The notes below the pieces were generated by a model that was not told where the DNA came from, did no database searches, and saw nothing but the letters and a program-made list of their open reading frames with translations. Shown piece by piece: positions 26,153 through 37,598 of a stretch of DNA of 40,000 bases. The DNA is from Caldicoprobacter oshimai DSM 21659 (lineage in GTDB: Bacteria > Bacillota > Clostridia > Caldicoprobacterales > Caldicoprobacteraceae). Every line of letters begins with the position of its first letter. The stretch's first letter is position 1. The stretch is from the NCBI GenBank assembly GCA_000526435.1, contig JAGB01000001.1, positions 924,502 through 964,501 of the forward strand, given 5' to 3'. Made by a program: the position numbers and the translations under genes.

Positions 26153-26508
26153 ATTTTTCTTAAAGCTGATCTTCGTCTCAAATGTCTCTTAAATACGAAC
26201 GTCAACATATAAACCTTCAGGGAAATTATACATGTTTTCGCCTCCTGTGCAATTCTAATGGGATAGTTATTATCAATTGTATCATAATTTCAGTGTTTCA
26301 AGTATATAATAATTTTTGCAATGTTTTATGGAAATTGTACGAACTACAAACTGTATTCTGTCCCACGAAAATTCCAGCATACAAGTCCTCTTTAATGAGA
26401 GCAACTTTTTGCTGTAGTTCTACCAAAATTATGGTCAAATTTTAACACCGCCGCCGTCCTCCCGGTCTTCCCGATAATATAGCATCCCTTTCAAGCAAGG
26501 TGAACCGC

Positions 26509-27558
26509 TTACTTATAGATAGATTCAACATAAATAGATTCAGCACTAAATACCCCGTATCCCAAAGAAGTCTTTGCACCAATTCCGTGTTCACAAAGAG
26601 CGTTGATAAATAAAAGAGAAGCTTTTCTGAGAAGGTCGAAACTTTCATTTTTCCTTATTCCCAAATAGAAAACAAATTTCGTATCTTCTACAGTTAAAAA
26701 CTGTATTGGTTTAGGCTGTTGCCAATCCCCGGGATGTTTCGACTTGGAATAATAGTCCGGATAGTGTGGGTTCATTATATCTATCTTTAGATTAATATTT
26801 CCAGAAGGATAAGCATCTAAGAATATTATCTTTCCCTGATTTTTTCGCGTGCCAAACATATCTACTGTTTCAGAAAATGCGATTCTCTCTAGCCGGTAAT
26901 TCTCATCGTTCTCAAATTTACAAATAATGCTTATACCTAAGTTTTTACCATGCTCCAAAGATTGAGAAACAACTTTTACTGCTTCTTCAAATGGCGTTTC
27001 TTTTTTACCAGGTAAAGTTTTATACATCTCAGCAAACTTTAAAATTGCCCAGTGCCTCATAACCCCTTTCAAAGCACTACCGGGTATATAGGGTATACCA
27101 TAAATATGATGTAAAGTCATAGATGTTTCTTGGGGATGAGGAGCTCCAAGGCCTACAATAAGCCGCCAGTTGATTTTACCCTCAACCTTTTGAATTTTAT
27201 AACCACTACTTTGTAAATCCTCCACCATTTTTTCTATTTTGCTTAAAAATGGGAAATCCCCTTTTTGAATCTCTTCATTTAGCTTTTTCATCTCCTTAGT
27301 TATAAGCTCAAGATATTTATATTTGTTCTCTCTATTTTCTTCTCCTTTAGTTATCACTTTCTTCAAGATTTCTTCATGAGTTAAGGTCTCAGTTATTTCA
27401 TCTTTTTTATAGTTCATTGTAACGGGAATTAATTTGCCAAAAATAAGCGCTGGATTTTTAAGAAAAGTAGACACCTGAATTTCATTGCGCATTATTTCTC
27501 GAGTCTCCTTGGGGGTATAGAATACGCATACTTTCTGGATTTTCTCATTATTTTTCAT
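26509..27558 (-). CDS. cmr6: Type III-B CRISPR RAMP protein Cmr6
   Basis: It has the motif GIPYIPGSALKGVMRH and the C-terminal glycine loop GIGAKTSLGYGVF. I set the start at the ATG at 27558, which overlaps the cmr5 stop by 11 nt. Confidence 0.9.
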   Translation of the reverse strand: MKNNEKIQKVCVFYTPKETREIMRNEIQVSTFLKNPALIFGKLIPVTMNYKKDEITETLTHEEILKKVITKGEENRENKYKYLELITKEMKKLNEEIQKGDFPFLSKIEKMVEDLQSSGYKIQKVEGKINWRLIVGLGAPHPQETSMTLHHIYGIPYIPGSALKGVMRHWAILKFAEMYKTLPGKKETPFEEAVKVVSQSLEHGKNLGISIICKFENDENYRLERIAFSETVDMFGTRKNQGKIIFLDAYPSGNINLKIDIMNPHYPDYYSKSKHPGDWQQPKPIQFLTVEDTKFVFYLGIRKNESFDLLRKASLLFINALCEHGIGAKTSLGYGVFSAESIYVESIYK

Positions 27559-28003
27559 TTTTAGACCCTTCCCCTTCCTCAATCATCCCCTCTGCAAACC
27601 TCTTTAACCAATTCATAAACGCCAAAATTTCTTGAGTAATAAATCGATATTCCTTTAAATGGCATGAAATTACCCATTCCACTAAATCTTTATTTTCGTC
27701 CATCTTAATGCGCGTAGAAATCTCATTTTTTAAATAATCGGAAATCTGGGCATAGAGTATCTTATAAGCATTTTCATTTTTTTCGCCGCTATTCCCTTCC
27801 TTTTTCACATTCATCTTTGCCTTAATAAAGGCCAGCGTCTGTCCTAATCCATTGGTTAAAATCATAATAGGAATTTTTTCAGTATAAGAACGATAATTAT
27901 TTAATTCTTCTTTTGAAAGCACTCTAGTTGCATTTTCCACACATTCATAAGCAAAGTGAGCTCGACCTTTTTCTAGTTTATTAATTTGGGTATTTGCTTC
28001 CAT
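27548..28003 (-). CDS. cmr5: Type III-B small subunit Cmr5
   Basis: 151-aa helical protein with Cmr5-like ILTNGLGQTLAFIKAK and WLKRFAEG. It sits between cmr4 and cmr6. Confidence 0.8.
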   Translation of the reverse strand: MEANTQINKLEKGRAHFAYECVENATRVLSKEELNNYRSYTEKIPIMILTNGLGQTLAFIKAKMNVKKEGNSGEKNENAYKILYAQISDYLKNEISTRIKMDENKDLVEWVISCHLKEYRFITQEILAFMNWLKRFAEGMIEEGEGSKNEK

Positions 28004-28014
28004 CTTCTATCACC

Positions 28015-28971
28015 TCACTTCAAAACTTGAATACGCGTAATCCCCTTTCCTACAGTCTGATTTCCACCTATCTGAATGATAGTAGGCACTCCTTTCTCAA
28101 AATATTCAATCACTCTTTTAGCTTCATCTTGAGAAGAACTCCTTTCGAAAGGCCCTTTTTCGTCTTTCTCCCTAACTCTAAGGGGTGAAGCCATAGCGGT
28201 AGAATACAAAATAGTATCCGGTGGTAGATACTCTTCATACCACAAATTCTTAGCAGTACCCTTCGCATCGTCAATAATTATCCTAGCTACTATTTCAGTA
28301 GAAGTAGTGACAAAATGTTCAAAATCATCATTTTCCAGGATAATCAAGTCTTTTTCCAATTTTTTTCTCCAAAAATTATAAGACGTATCTGTTTCTTTCT
28401 GCGGAAAAATTCTTGAAGCAAACCAACAGGCAAGTTTTTTAGTTTCCTCATCTCTTGCCAATTCAAAAGTAAACTCTTCAAGAATGACAGACACCTTATT
28501 ATTCTCATTTTCTTTAACGAAAATTTCGGAGTCAGGCGGACACGTTCTTTTCTTTATTGATGGAAAATTATGCATATCCACACCAGCAATTTCCATATCT
28601 TCTTTAAACCTTTCAAGAACCATTGGACAAGTAACCCATGCAAAGATTCCTTTTAGGGATTTTACAGGGAAAAATAAAATCCTGGCATCTGTAAAAGCAA
28701 GACAACCGGCATGTTCATCACCGTTGGTAGGTCCAAACACAAGTTTAACCCATTCCTTTATCTTTACATCACCATTTCCTATTTTTACTGCTCTTTCCGA
28801 TCTCTCAAATGCTTCTCTTATGCATCCCTTTATCCCAGAACCTTCAATCTTGGGAAAACCGGTATGCTTTTCTCTTTGAACAGGTAAATCCACAACCCCT
28901 ATTTCACTTCCACTCCCTGGATGAAGCGAAGTTTCTGCAATTAAGAAAAATGGTCTAAAAGCCTGAAACAT
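28015..28971 (-). CDS. cmr4: Type III-B backbone RAMP Cmr4 (target-RNA cleaving subunit)
   Basis: It has HPGSGSEIGVVDLPVQRE, which contains the catalytic-type Asp, plus GSGIKGCIREAF and the C-terminal loop IGGNQTVGKGITRI. Confidence 0.9.
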   Translation of the reverse strand: MFQAFRPFFLIAETSLHPGSGSEIGVVDLPVQREKHTGFPKIEGSGIKGCIREAFERSERAVKIGNGDVKIKEWVKLVFGPTNGDEHAGCLAFTDARILFFPVKSLKGIFAWVTCPMVLERFKEDMEIAGVDMHNFPSIKKRTCPPDSEIFVKENENNKVSVILEEFTFELARDEETKKLACWFASRIFPQKETDTSYNFWRKKLEKDLIILENDDFEHFVTTSTEIVARIIIDDAKGTAKNLWYEEYLPPDTILYSTAMASPLRVREKDEKGPFERSSSQDEAKRVIEYFEKGVPTIIQIGGNQTVGKGITRIQVLK

Positions 28972-29014
28972 TTTTAGCCCTCCTCCCAGCTTATTAATTT
29001 AGCATTCCGCTTTT

Positions 29015-33775
<4,761 letters not shown>

Positions 33776-33787
33776 TTTTCAAACTGC

Positions 33788-34189
33788 TTAAACCTCATTA
33801 TCTGCCATTTTTTGTTTTATTATCTTGTAAAACTTTTCTAATTCCTTTACATGTTCCTCTTTTATCCGTTCGAAGATTTCTCTTGATTGCTCGTGAGTAT
33901 AGGTGTGGACAAGCAAATTTCTATCTTCAATCATTCCAAACCAGGCCTCTTCATTTTCAATAAGGTCATTGATAAAAGCCTGCTTAAAAGCCTCACGGGG
34001 GCTCCTTACAATTATCCCTAAATCCGCAAGATACTCTTTCATCAGCTTCCAAGCCAGCTCATAGCAAAGCTCAAATCTTTTTATGGTTCCATCTATACTT
34101 AAATCGTCCTCTGCCACTTCCGTTGCCGTCTTAAGATTTTTAATAGCTTTTTCAAAATCGTTAAAAAATTTCTCAATCCTTTCTCTCAT
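33788..34189 (-). CDS. HEPN-domain protein, HI0074 / nucleotidyltransferase-substrate-binding family (putative RNase toxin)
   Basis: 133 aa with FELCYELAWKLMKEYL and the Rx4H motif RNLLVH. The start overlaps the end of cmr1-MNT by 17 nt, and the stop is 12 nt from the cas10 start. Confidence 0.85.
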   Translation of the reverse strand: MRERIEKFFNDFEKAIKNLKTATEVAEDDLSIDGTIKRFELCYELAWKLMKEYLADLGIIVRSPREAFKQAFINDLIENEEAWFGMIEDRNLLVHTYTHEQSREIFERIKEEHVKELEKFYKIIKQKMADNEV

Positions 34190-35468
34190 AAAGTAAAACT
34201 CCTTCCCTGCATATCTTATCTTTGAATTCTTTGTTGATTTTTTTTAAATTGACAATATCAAAAGGCCCAATTATATCCATGGCTTCCACACTTTTGTCCG
34301 AATCAACCGCAATATCTACGTCTGACTTCTTTTTAAAGTCCCCTCTTGCTCTTGACCCGTATAAATATATCCTTTCTGGTTCAAGACTTTGCTTTATTTT
34401 ATCTACAATTTCATTCAGATAGTCGGGAACAGACAATAATCTCTCCTCTCCTTTGCCTCTTAATTGTAACCAAAACTCTTCAATAAGGCCATAGTCTGGC
34501 TTTTGAGTTTTACCTTTAAAGGTCAGTACAACTCCGTCGGTCAAAAATTGCCCGGCCAGCCTGATGGCAAGCCAATAATACCTTTCACCTACTTTGATAA
34601 GCTTTATTATAATAGGAGAAGCTCTCCTCTGAAATTTTTCCAAAATTTTTTGATCAACTTTTTTTACTCCAATAACCGTCCCGCTACTGCGATGTTTTAC
34701 AGGTAGGCCAAAGATAGCGCTTTTAAATACCTGTCTTCTAGCATTCACTCTAAAACCTTTGAAGATGACTCCAATATCATTAAGAGCTTCCTTCCACGAC
34801 GGGTGGCCATTTCTGCTTATTATAAAGCGTGAAATACTTAAGTTACTGTACCCTGAAGCAAAATTGGTTTTATCAGAACCATTTATGATCTCTTTGGCTA
34901 TCTGAAAATTTGTGGTTAACCACTCTGCCACTTTTTGAAAATTTTTTCCTTTAGGAATGAAATCGATAAAAACAGGCTTGTCCACCTCTGTTACTACGAT
35001 ATTGCCCCCACCTCTTCTGCTTCGCGTTCCGAAACCACCCAAATATATGGCAAGCCATAATGAAGCTAATGCATGATTTAGATACTTTTCTTCAAAGGCA
35101 CCAAGTTCAATATAAAAAGTGGAACCTTCTTTTATGTATTTTTTCTTTTTATTTGGCAATATGGTAGAGTACAAGAGATATTTTATACCCAATTCTAAAT
35201 TTCCCAACCTTAATTCCTCTTGTGTAGAAATATTCCCCTGTAAAACTCTTATCCATACCTTGCTCCTTCCCTCTCGTTTTCCTACTCCACCAAAAATTTC
35301 ACTCTCTTTGTCTTTAAGCTTGTCGATATCATCCAAAGCTCTCGCCGCTCTCCACCAAAAGCGCATCATTCCCTTAAATTCGGAAGGCCTTATCTCGAGA
35401 GCATTTCCATCTACACCTGACATAAACAAAGGCGTTATCACTTCGCATTTCAGCTTTACATTATACAT
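34173..35468 (-). CDS. cmr1: Cmr1 RAMP protein fused to a C-terminal minimal nucleotidyltransferase (MNT) domain
   Basis: Residues ~1-335 form the Cmr1 body: ITPLFMSG..LEIRPSEFKGMMRFWWRA, the G-loop GGFGTRSRRGGGN, and RRASPIIIKL. Residues ~340-431 form the MNT domain: ERIYLYGSRARGDFKKKSDVDIAV ... REGVLLYERK. It is a single uninterrupted frame. Confidence 0.85.
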   Translation of the reverse strand: MYNVKLKCEVITPLFMSGVDGNALEIRPSEFKGMMRFWWRAARALDDIDKLKDKESEIFGGVGKREGRSKVWIRVLQGNISTQEELRLGNLELGIKYLLYSTILPNKKKKYIKEGSTFYIELGAFEEKYLNHALASLWLAIYLGGFGTRSRRGGGNIVVTEVDKPVFIDFIPKGKNFQKVAEWLTTNFQIAKEIINGSDKTNFASGYSNLSISRFIISRNGHPSWKEALNDIGVIFKGFRVNARRQVFKSAIFGLPVKHRSSGTVIGVKKVDQKILEKFQRRASPIIIKLIKVGERYYWLAIRLAGQFLTDGVVLTFKGKTQKPDYGLIEEFWLQLRGKGEERLLSVPDYLNEIVDKIKQSLEPERIYLYGSRARGDFKKKSDVDIAVDSDKSVEAMDIIGPFDIVNLKKINKEFKDKICREGVLLYERKD

Positions 35469-35518
35469 CCTTCTTCCCTTCTCTCTTATATTTAATCAAG
35501 CCGCCATTCATTCCCCAA

Positions 35519-35740
35519 TTAAAATTGGGAGCACTCTGGCGGAAATTTTGTAAAAACTCCCCAAAGAGCATTAATAAACAGTCTGTCCAATTTTTTAAAA
35601 TCCCTGGCCTTAAGCCCATACAACATAATAACATATCTCTTGTCGTTTACAAACACAACAACCTTTTCGCAATTTGCGGTAATCAAATTAGCGTACCAGT
35701 AAATTTCTCTGACGTTTCTAAAGAAAACGATTGTATTTTT
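35519..35740 (-). pseudogene. Start-less 73-codon open frame, probable gene remnant upstream of cmr1
   Basis: The frame is bounded by TGA (35741-35743) and TAA (35519-35521) and reads ..NVREIYWYANLITANCEKVVVFVNDKRYVIMLYGLKARDFKKLDRLFINALWGVF.. The only ATG is at the VIMLYG methionine, late in the frame (upstream there are only a TTG and a GTG), and the frame overlaps the 3' end of the MNT gene. It looks like a fragment of a conserved hypothetical protein. I cannot name the family with confidence. Confidence 0.3.
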
Positions 35741-36066
35741 TCAAAATCCTCCGCCGCCCTTTTTCTTTCAAAGATCACTTTCCCTACTCTATCAATGTGC
35801 TCTTTAAGATCCTTATGATCCAAATGCGTGTAATCTACTATGTCAAAAAAGTATGGTAAAGGCCCCTGTTCTTCTAACATTGAGTGAACAGCAGATACAG
35901 TGTCAAATGTTATATTTTTTCCATAAATAGCTATATCTACATCTGAACCAGGTTTAAAGTTGCCCTTAGCTCTTGAACCAAATATTACAGCTTTTTCAAT
36001 TTCTGAAAATTCACTTATAACTCTGACTATATAGTCTATGTCCGATTGACATAATCCAAAATCCAT
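35683..36066 (-). CDS. Minimal nucleotidyltransferase (MNT, HI0073-like antitoxin type)
   Basis: It has the VIFGSRAKGNFKPGSDVDIAIYG motif and a C-terminal GKVIFERK like the Cmr1-fused MNT. Its ATG overlaps the stop of the decayed HEPN frame (TAATG). Confidence 0.8.
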   Translation of the reverse strand: MDFGLCQSDIDYIVRVISEFSEIEKAVIFGSRAKGNFKPGSDVDIAIYGKNITFDTVSAVHSMLEEQGPLPYFFDIVDYTHLDHKDLKEHIDRVGKVIFERKRAAEDFEKIQSFSLETSEKFTGTLI

Positions 36067-36392
36067 TATAATTCCCCCAGCTTAGCACAGAGGTCTTTGA
36101 TTATCTTATAGTATTTCGTCCTTATTAAAACTTCTGCTTCCATTGCTCTTTTTTCATCATATGTATGTGCCATCAGGTTTCTTTTTTCTAATGCATCAAT
36201 CCATGTGTACCCGTCTTCAATTAACTGTATTTGAAAAGTAGTTTTTATTGTTGATCTAGGGTTTTGACATCAAAACCCTCTTGCTCCAGATAATATTTCA
36301 TGGTTTTCCAGGCCAGTTCAAAAGTATATTCAAAACACTGAATTAACCCTTAAACTTCAAACTTGTTCAATTGACCCTTTTCAATAAACTCT
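36066..36392 (-). pseudogene. Decayed HI0074-type HEPN gene (in-frame stop, frameshift, N-terminal truncation)
   Basis: My hand translation gives ..NKFEV*GLIQCFEYTFELAWKTMKYYLEQEGFDVKT, then a frame shift near 36255-36265, then RSTIKTTFQIQLIEDGYTWIDALEKRNLMAHTYDEK...KLGEL*. The Rx4H motif RNLMAH is retained. The in-frame TAA is at 36350-36352. Confidence 0.65.
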
Positions 36393-36393
36393 G

Positions 36394-36669
36394 TTAGTTG
36401 TGCAGTACTCCCCTCCATTCATCGATCTCTTTTGTTGTATAAACGATTAAATCTACCGGAATTTTAATACCCCGCAGGTACTTTTTTATCTCTTTCACTC
36501 TTTCATGCCTAGGTAGAACGCTTTCTTTGATTACAAGAATATCTAAATCACTATCCTCGTCAGGCTCACCATAGGCATACGAACCAAACAATACCACCTT
36601 TTCAGGCTGTACATTTTTTACAATTCTTTCGACAACTTCATTGATTTTTTCTTGTGGTATCATAGGCAA
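36394..36669 (-). CDS. Minimal nucleotidyltransferase (MNT) domain protein, short
   Basis: 91 aa with VVLFGSYAYGEPDEDSDLDILV. The C-terminus appears shorter than usual and abuts the decayed HEPN frame. Confidence 0.7.
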   Translation of the reverse strand: MPMIPQEKINEVVERIVKNVQPEKVVLFGSYAYGEPDEDSDLDILVIKESVLPRHERVKEIKKYLRGIKIPVDLIVYTTKEIDEWRGVLHN

Positions 36670-36706
36670 TCACCGTACCTTCTTAAGCTTTTGGTGAAAC
36701 CTGTTC

Positions 36707-37126
36707 TTACAATTTCAAAGAAACTATTTTTAGAAACTCTTCTGGACTGACTGTTTTGACTGCTTGATCCGTAAATCCCTTCTTCTCTCTGGTTATAATA
36801 TAATCAACACCTTTACGCTTTGCAATCTGAAAGGTGACTGCATCCTCAAAATCCGTAGCTTCCATCTTTAGGGCTCTTAAAATATCCGTTTTGGTAGTAC
36901 TTACTATATCAACAAGCTTAAAATATTCGGTCAGCATTAACACTCGTTCTTGCTGTGTTCTATATTTTCTCATAATATAATAAATGTCAGTTACTGATGA
37001 AGCCGATACATAAGCTTTTATATAGTTATCTTTAATCATGATCAATATTTTATTGACCGTCTCAAAAAATGGTTGCCTGTGAATCAAAAAATCAAGAGAG
37101 ATATTTGTATCAAGTAATACTGTCAT
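36707..37126 (-). CDS. vapC: PIN-domain toxin (VapC-like)
   Basis: 139 aa with N-terminal VLLDTN (the first acidic PIN residue). It overlaps the upstream antitoxin gene by 17 nt. Confidence 0.8.
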   Translation of the reverse strand: MTVLLDTNISLDFLIHRQPFFETVNKILIMIKDNYIKAYVSASSVTDIYYIMRKYRTQQERVLMLTEYFKLVDIVSTTKTDILRALKMEATDFEDAVTFQIAKRKGVDYIITREKKGFTDQAVKTVSPEEFLKIVSLKL

Positions 37127-37361
37127 ATTTATTTAACCTCTCTTTTCTCATGACATCTAAATCAATATCTTCAGTAACCGGTTCACTCTGCTTTATCATC
37201 TCTAATAGCCTGCTGTAAGCAATTTCTTTTTCATTTTTTGATACTGCTGTGAGTTTTGCAACAACCTTACCGTTTCTTAAAATTAGAATATCTTCTTTCT
37301 CAGAAAGCTTTATATATCTCCCAACATTATTTTTGAACTCTGTTGAACTAACCTGTATCAT
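37110..37361 (-). CDS. Phd/YefM-type antitoxin (VapB-equivalent)
   Basis: It has an N-terminus typical of Phd/YefM antitoxins (MIQVSSTEFKNNVGRYIKL...ILRNGKVVAKL). I chose the start at the ATG at 37361, which has GGAGG 8 nt upstream. The track start at 37370 is a GTG. Confidence 0.75.
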   Translation of the reverse strand: MIQVSSTEFKNNVGRYIKLSEKEDILILRNGKVVAKLTAVSKNEKEIAYSRLLEMIKQSEPVTEDIDLDVMRKERLNKYDSIT

Positions 37362-37598
37362 ATCGCCCACCTCCTTTGGCCTATAATTATTATAGCTTAT
37401 ATTGGCTATTTTGTATACTACTGAACTTGGCTATTTTAAATAAAAATTAAAACCAAACGTTAACGCAAATTTCCAATCAAGCAAAATACGTCAAGCTATG
37501 TGTCTTTTTAGACGGTATACCCAGATATACTAAAATACACTTTTAGTGCTTTTTCTACTACCTGCTGACAATGAAAGCGTATCAAATCCCATAGGCAA

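Noticed and set aside
26323-26351. The 29-mer GTTTTATGGAAATTGTACGAACTACAAAC looks like a CRISPR repeat (GTTTT start, AAAC end) right next to cmr6.
   Set aside because: There is only one copy, plus a partial inverted (not direct) copy about 70 bp away. There is no spacer-repeat periodicity, so it cannot be called an array or even a confident degenerate repeat.
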